Shown in pieces: positions 33,401 through 48,400 of a stretch of 64,000 bases of DNA (positions are counted from its first letter, which is position 1; each line of letters starts with the position of its first letter). The DNA comes from Eledone cirrhosa (taxonomy: Eukaryota), in assembly GCA_964016885.1 (NCBI GenBank), contig OZ024740.1, forward strand, positions 441,130,001 to 441,194,000, read 5' to 3'. The position numbers were made by a program, and so were the translations under genes. The notes beneath the pieces are model-generated. The model saw only the letters and a program-made list of their open reading frames with translations. It searched no databases and had not been told where the DNA came from.

Positions 33401-36400
33401 AATCAAGTGACCAATCCAAAGTGACCATGTATATGTCAAATCAAGTGACCAATCCAAAGTGACCATGTATATGTCAAATCAAGTGACCAATCCAAAGTGA
33501 CCATGTATATGTCAGATCAAGTGACCAATCCAAAGTGACCATATATATGTCAAATCAAGTGACCAATCCAAAGTGACCATGTATATGTCAAATCAAGTGA
33601 CCAATCCAAAGTGACCATGTGTATGTCAAATCAAGTGACCAATCCAAAGTGACCATGTATATGTCAAATCAAGTGACCAATCCAAAGTGACCATGTATAT
33701 GTCAAATCAAGTGACCAATCCAAAGTGACCATGTGTATGTCAAATCAAGTAACCAATCCAAAGTGACCATGTATATATCAAATCAAGTGACCAATCCAAA
33801 GTGACCATGTGTATGTCAAATCAAGTGACCAATCCAAAGTGACCATGTATATGTCAAATCAAGTGACCAATCCAAAGTGACCATGTATATGTCAAATCAA
33901 GTGACCAATCCAAAGTGACCATGTGTATGTCAAATCAAGTGACCAATCCAAAGTGACCATATATATGTCAAATCAAGTGACCAATCCAAAGTGACCATGT
34001 ATATGTCAAATCAAGTGACCAATCCAAAGTGACCATATATATGTCAAATCAAGTGACCAATCCAAAGTGACCATGTATATGTCAAATCAAGTGACCAATC
34101 CAAAGTGACCATGTATATGTCAAATCAAGTGACCAATCCAAAGTGACCATATATATGTCAAATCAAATGACCAATCCAAAGTGACCATATATATGTCAAA
34201 TCAAATGACCAATCCAAAGTGACCATATACATGTCAAATCAAATGACCAATCCAAAGTGACCATATATATGTCAAATCAAGTGACCAATTTAAAGTGACC
34301 ATGTATATGTCAAATCAAGTGACCAATCCAAAGTGACCATGTATATGTCAAATCAAGTGACCAATCCAAAGTGACCATATATATGTCAAATCAAGTGACC
34401 AATCCAAAGTGACCATATATATGTCAAATCAAGTGACCAATCCAAAGTGACCATATATATGTCAAATCAAATGTCCAATCCAAAGTGACCATATACATGT
34501 CAAATCAAATGACCAATCCAAAGTGACCATATATATGTCAAATCAAGTGACCAATCCAAAGTGACCATATATATGTCAAATCAAGTGACCAATCCAAAGT
34601 GACCATATATATGTCAAATCAAGTGACCAATCCAAAGTGACCATGTATATGTCAAATCAAGTGACCAATCCAAAGTGACCATATATATGTCAAATCAAGT
34701 GACCAATCCAAAGTGACCATGTATATGTCAAATCAAGTGACCAATCCAAAGTGACCATGTATATGTCAAATCAAGTGACCAATCCAAAGTGACCATGTAT
34801 ATGTCAGATCAAGTGACCAATCCAAAGTGACCATATATATGTCAAATCAAGTGACCAATCCAAAGTGACCATGTATATGTCAAATCAAGTGACCAATCCA
34901 AAGTGACCATGTGTATGTCAAATCAAGTGACCAATCCAAAGTGACCATGTATATGTCAAATCAAGTGACCAATCCAAAGTGACCATGTATATGTCAAATC
35001 AAGTGACCAATCCAAAGTGACCATGTGTATGTCAAATCAAGTAACCAATCCAAAGTGACCATGTATATATCAAATCAAGTGACCAATCCAAAGTGACCAT
35101 GTGTATGTCAAATCAAGTGACCAATCCAAAGTGACCATGTATATGTCAAATCAAGTGACCAATCCAAAGTGACCATGTATATGTCAAATCAAGTGACCAA
35201 TCCAAAGTGACCATGTGTATGTCAAATCAAGTGACCAATCCAAAGTGACCATATATATGTCAAATCAAGTGACCAATCCAAAGTGACCATGTATATGTCA
35301 AATCAAGTGACCAATCCAAAGTGACCATATATATGTCAAATCAAGTGACCAATCCAAAGTGACCATGTATATGTCAAATCAAGTGACCAATCCAAAGTGA
35401 CCATGTATATGTCAAATCAAGTGACCAATCCAAAGTGACCATATATATGTCAAATCAAGTGACCAATCCAAAGTGACCATGTACATGTCAAATCAAGTGA
35501 CCAATCTAAAGTGACCATGTATATGTCAAACCAAGTGACCAATCCAAAGTGACCATATATATGTCAAATCAAGTGACCAATCCAAAGTGACCATGTACAT
35601 GTCAAATCAAGTGACCAATCCAAAGTGACCATGTGTATGTCAAATCAAGTGACCAATCCAAAGTGACCATGTGTATGTCAAATCAAATGACCAATCCAAA
35701 GTGACCATGTATATGTCAAATCAAGTGACCAATCCAAAGTGACCATGTATATGTCAAATCAAGTGACCAATACAAAGTGACCATATATATGTCAAATCAA
35801 GTGACCAATCTAAAGTGACCATATATATGTCAAATCAAGTGACCAATCCAAAGTGACCATGTACATGTCAAATCAAGTGACCAATCCAAAGTGACCATAT
35901 ATATGTCAAATCAAGTGACCAATCCAAAGTGACCATGTGTATGTCAAATCAAGTGACCAATCCAAAGTGACCATGTACATGTCAAATCAAGTGACCAATC
36001 CAAAGTGACCATGTGTATGTCAAATCAAGTGACCAATCCAAAGTGACCATGTATATGTCAAATCAAATGACCAATCCAAAGTGACCATGTACATGTCAAA
36101 TCAAGTGACCAATCCAAAGTGACCATGTATATGTCAAATCGAATGACCAATCCAAAGTGACCATATATATGTCAAATCAAATGACCAATCCAAAGTGACC
36201 ATGTGTATGTCAAATCAAGTGACCAATCCAAAGTGACCATATATATGTCAAATCAAGTGACCAATCCAAAGTGACCATGTACATGTCAAATCAAGTGACC
36301 AATCCAAAGTGACCATGTATATGTCAAATCAAGTGACCAATCCAAAGTGACCATATATATGTCAAATCAAGTGACCAATCCAAAGTGACCATGTACATGT

Positions 36401-39400
36401 CAAATCAAGTGACCAATCCAAAGTGACCATGTATATGTCAAATCAAGTGACCAATCCAAAGTGACCATATATATGTCAAATCAAGTGACCAATCCAAAGT
36501 GACCATATATATGTCAAATCAAGTGACCAATCCAAAGTGACCATGTATATGTCAAATCAAATGACCAATCCAAAGTGACCATGTATATGTCAAATCAAGT
36601 GACCAATCCAAAGTGACAATGTATATGTCAAATCAAGTGACCAATCCAAAGTGACCATATATATGTCAAATCAAATGACCAATCCAAAGTGACCATGTAT
36701 ATGTCAAATCAAATGACCAATCCAAAGTGACCATATATATGTCAAATCAAGTGACCAATCCAAAGTGACCATGTATATGTCAAATCAAGTGACCAATCCA
36801 AAGTGACCATGTACATGTCAAATCAAATGACCAATCTAAAGTGACCATATATATGTCAAATCAAGTGACCAATCCAAAGTGACCATGTATATGTCAAATC
36901 AAATGACCAATCTAAAGGGACCATATATATGTCAAATCAAGTGACCAATCCAAAGTGACCATGTATATGTCAAATCAAATGACCAATCTAAAGTGACCAT
37001 ATATATGTCAAATCAAGTGACCAATCCAAAGTGACCATGTATATGTCAAATCAAATGACCAATCTAAAGTGACCATATATATGTCAAATCAAATGACCAA
37101 TCCAAAGTGACCATATATATGTCAAATCAAGTGACCAATCCAAAGTGACCATATATATGTCAAATCAAGTGACCAATCCAAAGTGACCATGTATATGTCA
37201 AATCAAGTGACCAATCCAAAGTGAGCATGTATATGTCAAATCAAGTGACCAATCCAAAGTGACCATATATATATGTCAAATCAAGTGGCCAATCCAAAGT
37301 GACCATGTACATGTCAAATCAAGTGACCAATCTAAAGTGACCATGTATATGTCAAATCAAGTGACCAATCCAAAGTGACCATGTATATGTCAAATCAAGT
37401 GACCAATCCAAAGTGACCATATATATGTCAAATCAAGTGACCAATCCAAAGTGACCATGTACATGTCAAATCAAATGACCAATCTAAAGTGACCATATGT
37501 ATGTCAAATCAAGTGACCAATCCAAAGTGACCATGTATATGTCAAATCAAATGACCAATCTAAAGTGACCATATATATGTCAAATCAAGTGACCAATGCA
37601 AAGTGACCATGTATATGTCAAATCAAATGACCAATCTAAAGTGACCATATATATGTCAAATCAAGTGACCATTCCAAAGTGACCATGTATATGTCAAATC
37701 AAATGACCAATCTAAAGTGACCATATATATGTCAAATCAAGTGACCAATCCAAAGTGACCATGTATATGTCAAATCAAATGACCAATCTAAAGTGACCAT
37801 ATATATGTCAAATCAAGTGACCAATCCAAAGTGACCATGTATATGTCAAATCAAGTGACCAATCCAAAGTGACCATGTATATGTCAAATCAAATGACCAA
37901 TCCAAAGTGACCATATATATGTCAAATCAAATGACCAATCTAAAGTGACCATATATATGTCAAATCAAGTGACCAATCCAAAGTGACCATGTATATGTCA
38001 AATCAAGTGACCAATACAAAGTGACCATGTGTATGTCAAATCAAGTGACCAATCCAAAGTGACCATGTATATGTCAAATCAAGTGACCAATCCAAAGTGA
38101 CCATGTATATGTCAAATCAAGTGACCAATCCAAAGTGACCATGTACATGTCAAATCAAGTGACCAATCTAAAGTGACCATGTATATGTCAAATCAAGTGA
38201 CCAATCTAAAGTGACCATATATATGTCAAATCAAGTGACCAATCCAAAGTGACCATGTATATGTCAAATCAAATGACCAATCTAAAGTGACCATATATAT
38301 GTCAAATCAAGTGACCAATACAAAGTGACCATGTGTATGTCAAATCAAGTGACCAATCCAAAGTGACCATGTATATGTCAAATCAAGTGACCAATCCAAA
38401 GTGACCATGTATATGTCAAATCAAGTGACCAATCCAAAGTGACCATGTACATGTCAAATCAAGTGACCAATCTAAAGTGACCATGTATATGTCAAATCAA
38501 GTGACCAATCTAAAGTGACCATATATATGTCAAATCAAGTGACCAATCCAAAGTGACCATGTATATGTCAAATCAAATGACCAATCTAAAGTGACCATAT
38601 ATATGTCAAATCAAGTGACCAATCCAAAGTGACCATGTATATGTCAAATCAAATGACCAATCTAAAGTGACCATATATATGTCAAATCAAGTGACCAATC
38701 CAAAGTGACCATGTATATGTCAAATCAAGTGACCAATCCAAAGTGACCATGTATATGTCAAATCAAATGACCAATCCAAAGTGACCATATATATGTCAAA
38801 TCAAATGACCAATCTAAAGTGACCATATATATGTCAAATCAAGTGACCAATCCAAAGTGACCATGTATATGTCAAATCAAGTGACCAATACAAAGTGACC
38901 ATGTGTATGTCAAATCAAGTGACCAATCCAAAGTGACCATGTATATGTCAAATCAAGTGACCAATCCAAAGTGACCATGTATATGTCAAATCAAGTGACC
39001 AATCCAAAGTGACCATGTACATGTCAAATCAAGTGACCAATCTAAAGTGACCATGTATATGTCAAATCAAGTGACCAATCCAAAGTGACCATGTATATGT
39101 CAAATCAAGTGACCAATCCAAAGTGACCATGTATATGTCAAATCAAGTGACCAATCCAAAGTGACCATGTATATGTCAAATCAAATGACCAATCCAAAGT
39201 GACCATATATATGTCAAATCAAATGACCAATCCAAAGTGACCATATATATGTCAAATCAAATGACCAATCCAAAGTGACCATATATATGTCAAATCAAAT
39301 GACCAATCCAAAGTGACCATATATATGTCAAATCCAGTGACCAATCCAAAGTGACCATGTATATGTCAAATCAAATGACCAATCCAAAGTGACCATATAT

Positions 39401-42400
39401 ATGTCAAATCAAGTGACCAATTTAAAGTGACCATGTATATGCCAAATCAAGTGACCAATCCAAAGTGACCATATATATGTCAAATCAAGTGACAAATCCA
39501 AAGTGACCATATATATGTCAAATCAAGTGACCAATCCAAAGTGACCATGTGTATGTCAAATCAAGTGACCAATCCAAAGTGACCATATATATGTCAAATC
39601 AAATGACCAATCCAAAGTGACCATATATATGTCAAATCAAATGACCAATCCAAAGTGACCATGTGTATGTCAAATCAAGTGACCAATCCAAAGTGACCAT
39701 GTATATGTCAAATCAAATGACCAATCCAAAGTGACCATATATATGTCAAATCAAATGGCAATCCAAAGTGACCATGTATATGTCAAATCAAATGACCAAT
39801 CCAAAGTGACCATATACATGTCAAATCAAATGACCAATCCAAAGTGACCATATATATGTCAAATCAAGTGACCAATTTAAAGTGACCATGTATATGTCAA
39901 ATCAAGTGACCAATCCAAAGTGACCATATATATGTCAAATCAAGTGACCATATATATGTCAAATCAAGTGACCAATCCAAAGTGACCATGTGTATGTCAA
40001 ATCAAGTGACCAATCCAAAGTGACCATATATATGTCAAATCAAGTGACCAATCCAAAGTGACCATGTATATGTCAAATCAAGTGACCAATCCAAAGTGAC
40101 CATATATATGTCAAATCAAGTGACCAAACCAAAGTGACCATGTATATGTCAAATCAAGTGACCAATCCAAAGTGACCATGTATATGTCAAATCAAGTGAC
40201 CAATCCAAAGTGACCATATATATGTCAAATCAAGTGACCAATCCAAAGTGACCATGTACATCTCAAATCAAGTGACCAATCTAAAGTGACCATGAATATG
40301 TCAAATCAAGTGACCAATCCAAAGTGACCATATATATGTCAAATCAAGTGACCAATCCAAAGTGACCATGTACGTGTCAAATCAAGTGACCAATCCAAAG
40401 TGACCATGTGTATGTCAAATCAAGTGACCAATCCAAAGTGACCATGTGTATGTCAAATCAAATGACCAATCCAAAGTGACCATGTATATGTCAAATCAAG
40501 TGACCAATCCAAAGTGACCATGTACATGTCAAATCAAGTGACCAATCCAAAGTGACCATATATATGTCAAATCAAGTGACCAATCCAAAGTGACCATGTG
40601 TATGTCAAATCAAGTGACCAATCCAAAGTGACCATGTACATGTCAAATCAAGTGACCAATCCAAAGTGACCATGTGTATGTCAAATCAAGTGACCAATCC
40701 AAAGTGACCATGTATATGTCAAATCAAATGACCAATCCAAAGTGACCATGTACATGTGAAATCAAGTGACCAATCCAAAGTGACCATGTATATGTCAAAT
40801 CAAATGACCAATCCAAAGTGACCATATATATGTCAAATCAAATGACCAATCCAAAGTGACCATGTGTATGTCAAATCGAGTGACCAATCCAAAGTGACCA
40901 TATATATGTCAAATCAAGTGACCAATCCAAAGTGACCATGTACATGTCAAATCAAGTGACCAATCCAAAGTGACCATGTATATGTCAAATCAAGTGACCA
41001 ATCCAAAGTGACCATATATATGTCAAATCAAGTGACCAATCCAAAGTGACCATGTACATGTCAAATCAAGTGACCAATCCAAAGTGACCATGTATATGTC
41101 AAATCAAGTGACCATTCCAAAGTGACCATATATATGTCAAATCAAGTGACCAATCCAAAGTGACCATGTATATGTCAAATCAAGTGACCAATCCAAAGTG
41201 ACCATATATATGTCAAATCAAGTGACCAATCCAAAGTGACCATGTATATGTCAAATCAAATGACCAATCCAAAGTGACCATGTATATGTCAAATCAAGTG
41301 ACCAATCCAAAGTGACAATGTATATGTCAAATCAAGTGACCAATCCAAAGTGACCATATATATGTCAAATCAAATGACCAATCCAAAGTGACCATGTATA
41401 TGTCAAATCAAATGACCAATCCAAAGTGACCATATATATGTCAAATCAAGTGACCAATCCAAAGTGACCATGTATATGTTAAATCAAGTGACCAATCCAA
41501 AGTGACCATGTACATGTCAAATCAAATGACCAATCTAAAGTGACCATATATATGTCAAATCAAGTGACCAATCCAAAGTGACCATGTATATGTCAAATCA
41601 AATGACCAATCTAAAGTGACCATATATATGTCAAATCAAGTGACCAATCCAAAGTGACCATGTATATGTCAAATCAAATGACCAATCCAAAGTGACCATA
41701 TATATGTCAAATCAAGTGACCAATCCAAAGTGACCATATATATGTCAAATCAAGTGACCAATCCAAAGTGACCATGTATATGTCAAATCAAGTGACAAAT
41801 CCAAAGTGAGCATGTATATGTCAAATCAAGTGACCAATCCAAAGTGACCATATATATATGTCAAATCAAGTGGTCAATCCAAAGTGACCATGTACATGTC
41901 AAATCAAGTGACCAATCTAAAGTGACCATGTATATGTCAAATCAAGTGACCAATCCAAAGTGACCATGTATATGTCAAATCAAGTGACCAATCCAAAGTG
42001 ACCATATATATGTCAAATCAAGTGGCCAATCCAAAGTGACCATGTACATGTCAAATCAAGTGACCAATCTAAAGTGACCATGTATATGTCAAATCAAGTG
42101 ACCAATCAAAAGTGACCATGTATATGTCAAATCAAGTGACCAATCCAAAGTGACCATATATATGTCAAATCAAGTGACCAATCCAAAGTGACCATGTACA
42201 TGTCAAATCAAATGACCAATCTAAAGTGACCATATATATGTCAAATCAAGTGACCAATCCAAATTGACCATGTATATGTCAAATCAAATGACCAATCTAA
42301 AGTGACCATGTATATGTCAAATCAAGTGACCAATCCAAAGTGAGCATGTATATGTCAAATCAAGTGACCAATCCAAAGTGACCATATATATATGTCAAAT

Positions 42401-45400
42401 CAAGTGGCCAATCCAAAGTGACCATGTACATGTCAAATCAAGTGACCAATCTAAAGTGACCATGTATATGTCAAATCAAGTGACCAATCCAAAGTGACCA
42501 TGTATATGTCAAATCAAGTGACCAATCCAAAGTGACCATATATATGTCAAATCAAGTGACCAATCCAAAGTGACCATGTACATGTCAAATCAAATGACCA
42601 ATCTAAAGTGACCATATATATGTCAAATCAAGTGACCAATCCAAATTGACCATGTATATGTCAAATCAAATGACCAATCTAAAGTGACCATATATATGTC
42701 AAATCAAGTGACCAATCCAAAGTGACCATGTATATGTCAAATCAAATGACCAATCTAAAGTGACCATATATATGTCAAATCAAGTGACCAATCCAAAGTG
42801 ACCATGTATATGTCAAATCAAATGACCAATCTAAAGTGACCATATATATGTCAAATCAAGTGACCAATCCAAAGTGACCATGTATATGTCAAATCAAATG
42901 ACCAATCTAAAGTGACCATATATATGTCAAATCAAGTGACCAATCCAAAGTGACCATGTATATGTCAAATCAAATGACCAATCTAAAGTGACCATATATA
43001 TGTCAAATCAAGTGACCAATCCAAAGTGACCATGTATATGTCAAATCAAATGACCAATCTAAAGTGACCATATATATGTCAAATCAAGTGACCAATCCAA
43101 AGTGACCATGTATATGTCAAATCAAATGACCAATCTAAAGTGACCGTATATATGTCAAATCAAGTGACCAATCCAAAGTGACCATGTATATGTCAAATCA
43201 AGTGACCAATCCAAAGTGACCATGTATATGTCAAATCAAGTGACCAATACAAAGTGACCATGTGTATGTCAAATCAAGTGACCAATCCAAAGTGACCATG
43301 TATATGTCAAATCAAGTGACCAATCCAAAGTGACCATGTATATGTCAAATCAAGTGACCAATCCAAAGTGACCATGTACATGTCAAATCAAGTGACCAAT
43401 CTAAAGTGACCATATATATGTCAAATCAAATGACCAATCCAAAGTGACCATATATATGTCAAATCAAGTGACCAATCCAAAGTGACCATGTATATGTCAA
43501 ATCAAATGACCAATCCAAAGTGACCATATATATGTCAAATCAAGTGACCAATTTAAAGTGACCATGTATATGTCAAATCAAGTGACCAATCCAAAGTGAC
43601 CATATATATGTCAAATCAAGTGACCATATATATGTCAAATCAAGTGACCAATCCAAAGTGACCATATATATGTCAAATCAAGTGACCAATCCAAAGTGAC
43701 AATGTATATGTCAAATCAAATGACCAATCCAAAGTGACCATATATATGTCAAATCAAATGACCAATCCAAAGTGACCATATATATGTCAAATCAAATGAC
43801 CAATCCAAAGTGACCATATATATGTCAAATCAAATGACCAATCCAAAGTGACCATATACATGTCAAATCAAATGACCAATCCAAAGTGACCATATATATG
43901 TCAAATCAAGTGACCAATCCAAAGTGACCATATATATGTCAAATCAAGTGACCAATCCAAAGTGACCATATATATGTCAAATCAAGTGACCAATCCAAAG
44001 TGACCATGTATATGTCAAATCAAGTGACCAATCCAAAGTGACCATATATATGTCAAATCAAGTGACCAATCCAAAGTGACCATGTATATGTCAAATCAAG
44101 TGACCAATCCAAAGTGACCATATATATGTCAAATCAAGTGACCAATCCAAAGTGACCATATATATGTCAAATCAAGTGACCAATCCAAAGTGACCATGTA
44201 TATGTCAAATCAAGTGACCAATCCAAAGTGACCATATATATGTCAAATCAAGTGACCAATTCAAAGTGACCATGTATATGTCAAATCAAATGACCAATCC
44301 AAAGTGACCATATATATGTCAAATCAAATGACCAATCCAAAGTGACCATGTATATGTCAAATCAAGTGACCAATTCCAAAGTGACCATGTATATGTCAAA
44401 TCAAGTGACCAATCCAAAGTGACCATGTATATGTCAAATCAAGTGACCAATCCAAAGTGACCATATATATGTCAAATCAAGTGACCAATCCAAAGTGACC
44501 ATATATATGTCAAATCAAGTGACCAATCCAAAGTGACCATGTATATGTCAAATCAAGTAACCAATCCAAAGTGACCATATATATGTCAAATCAAGTGACC
44601 AATCCAAAGTGACCATATATATGTCAAATCAAGTGACCAATCCAAAGTGACCATGTGTATGTCAAATCAAGTGACCAATCCAAAGTGACCATATATATGT
44701 CAAATCAAGTGACCAATCCAAAGTGACAATATATATGTCAAATCAAGTGACCAATCCAAAGTGACCATGTACATGTCAAATCAAGTGACCAATCCAAAGT
44801 GACCATATATATGTCAAATCAAATGACCAATCCAAAGTGACCATATGTATGTCAAATCAAGTGACCAATCCAAAGTGACCATATATATGTCAAATCAAGT
44901 GACCAATCCAAAGTGACGATATATATGTCAAATCAAGTGACCAATCCAAAGTGACCATGTGTATGTCAAATCAAGTGACCAATCCAAAGTGACCATATAT
45001 ATGTCAAATCAAGTGACCAATCCAAAGTGACCATGTATATGTCAAATCAAGTAACCAATCCAAAGTGACCATATATATGTCAAATCAAGTGACCAATCCA
45101 AAGTGACCATATATATGTCAAATCAAGTGACCAATCCAAAGTGACCATGTGTATGTCAAATCAAGTGACCAATCCAAAGTGACCATATATATGTCAAATC
45201 AAGTGACCAATCCAAAGTGACAATATATATGTCAAATCAAGTAACCAATCCAAAGTGACCATATATATGTCAAATCAAGTGACCAATCCAAAGTGACCAT
45301 ATATATGTCAAATCAAGTGACCAATCCAAAGTGACCATGTGCATGTCAAATCAAGTGACCAATCCAAAGTGACCATATATATGTCAAATCAAGTGACCAA

Positions 45401-48400
45401 TCCAAAGTGACAATATATATGTCAAATCAAGTGACCAATCCAAAGTGACCATATATATGTCAAATCAAGTGACCAATCCAAAGTGACCATATATATGTCA
45501 AATCAAGTGACCAATCCAAAGTGACCATGTGTATGTCAAATCAAGTGACCAATCCAAAGTGACCATATATATGTCAAATCAAGTGACCAATCCAAAGTGA
45601 CCATATATATGTCAAATCAAGTGACCAATCCAAAGTGACCATATATATGTCAAATCAAGTGACCAATCCAAAGTGACCATGTATATGTCAAATCAAGTGA
45701 CCAATCCAAAGTGACCATATATATGTCAAATCAAGTGACCAATCCAAAGTGACCATGTATATGTCAAATCAAGTGACCAATCCAAAGTGACCATGTACAT
45801 GTCAAATCAAGTGACCAATCCAAAGTGACCATGTATATGTCAAATCAAGTGACCAATCCAAAGTGACCATATATATGTCAAATCAAGTGACCAATCCAAA
45901 GTGACCATGTATATGTCAAATCAAGTGACCAATCCAAAGTGACCATGTATATGTCAAATCAAGTGACCAATTCAAAGTGACCATATATATGTCAAATCAA
46001 GTGACCAATCCAAAGTGACCATGTACATGTCAAATCAAGTGACCAATCCAAAGTGACCATATATATGTCAAATCAAGTGACCAATCCAAAGTGACCATGT
46101 ACATGTCAAATCAAGTGACCAATCCAAAGTGACCATATATATGTCAAATCAAGTGACCAATCCAAAGTGACCATGTGTATGTCAAATCAAGTGACCAATC
46201 CAAAGTGACCATATATATGTCAAATCAAGTGACCAATCCAAAGTGACCATATATATGTCAAATCAAGTGACCAATCCAAAGTGACCATGTACATGTCAAA
46301 TCAAGTGACCAATCCAAAGTGACCATATATATGTCAAATCAAGTGACCAATCCAAAGTGACCATATATATGTCAAATCAAGTGACCAATCCAAAGTGACC
46401 ATGTACATGTCAAATCAAGTGACCAATCCAAAGTGACCATATATATGTCAAATCAAGTGACCAATCCAAAGTGACCATATATATGTCAAATCAAGTGACC
46501 AATCCAAAATGACCATGTACATGTCAAATCAAGTGACCAATCCAAAGTGACCATGTACATGTCAAATCAAGTGACCAATCCAAAGTGACCATATATATGT
46601 CAAATCAAGTGACCAATCCAAAGTGACCATGTACATGTCAAATCAAGTGACCAATCCAAAGTGACCATATATATGTCAAATCAAGTGACCAATCCAAAGT
46701 GACCATGTATATGTCAAATCAAGTGACCAATCCAAAGTGACCATATATATGTCCAATCAAGTGACCAATCCAAAGTGACCATGTATATGTCAAATCAAGT
46801 GACCAATCCAAAGTGACCATATATATGTCAAATCAAGTGACCAATCCAAAGTGACCATGTACGTGTCAAATCAAGTGACCAATCCAAAGTGACCATGTGT
46901 ATGTCAAATCAAGTGACCAATCCAAAGTGACCATGTGTATGTCAAATCAAATGACCAATCCAAAGTGACCATGTATATGTCAAATCAAGTGACCAATCCA
47001 AAGTGACCATGTACATGTCAAATCAAGTGACCAATCCAAAGTGACCATATATATGTCAAATCAAGTGACCAATCCAAAGTGACCATGTGTATGTCAAATC
47101 AAGTGACCAATCCAAAGTGACCATGTACATGTCAAATCAAGTGACCAATCCAAAGTGACCATGTGTATGTCAAATCAAGTGACCAATCCAAAGTGACCAT
47201 GTATATGTCAAATCAAATGACCAATCCAAAGTGACCATGTACATGTCAAATCAAGTGACCAATCCAAAGTGACCATGTATATGTCAAATCAAATGACCAA
47301 TCCAAAGTGACCATATATATGTCAAATCAAATGACCAATCCAAAGTGACCATGTGTATGTCAAATCAAGTGACCAATCCAAAGTGACCATATATATGTCA
47401 AATCAAGTGACCAATCCAAAGTGACCATGTACATGTCAAATCAAGTGACCAATCCAAAGTGACCATGTATATGTCAAATCAAGTGACCAATCCAAAGTGA
47501 CCATATATATGTCAAATCAAGTGACCAATCCAAAGTGACCATGTACATGTCAAATCAAGTGACCAATCCAAAGTGACCATGTATATGTCAAATCAAGTGA
47601 CCATTCCAAAGTGACCATATATATGTCAAATCAAGTGACCAATCCAAAGTGACCATGTATATGTCAAATCAAGTGACCAATCCAAAGTGACCATATATAT
47701 GTCAAATCAAGTGACCAATCCAAAGTGACCATGTATATGTCAAATCAAATGACCAATCCAAAGTGACCATGTATATGTCAAATCAAGTGACCAATCCAAA
47801 GTGACAATGTATATGTCAAATCAAGTGACCAATCCAAAGTGACCATATATATGTCAAATCAAATGACCAATCCAAAGTGACCATGTATATGTCAAATCAA
47901 ATGACCAATCCAAAGTGACCATATATATGTCAAATCAAGTGACCAATCCAAAGTGACCATGTATATGTTAAATCAAGTGACCAATCCAAAGTGACCATGT
48001 ACATGTCAAATCAAATGACCAATCTAAAGTGACCATATATATGTCAAATCAAGTGACCAATCCAAAGTTACCATGTATATGTCAAATCAAATGACCAATC
48101 TAAAGTGACCATATATATGTCAAATCAAGTGACCAATCCAAAGTGACCATGTATATGTCAAATCAAATGACCAATCCAAAGTGACCATATATATGTCAAA
48201 TCAAGTGACCAATCCAAAGTGACCATATATATGTCAAATCAAGTGACCAATCCAAAGTGACCATGTATATGTCAAATCAAGTGACCAATCCAAAGTGAGC
48301 ATGTATATGTCAAATCAAGTGACCAATCCAAAGTGACCATATATATATGTCAAATCAAGTGGCCAATCCAAAGTTACCATGTACATGTCAAATCAAGTGA

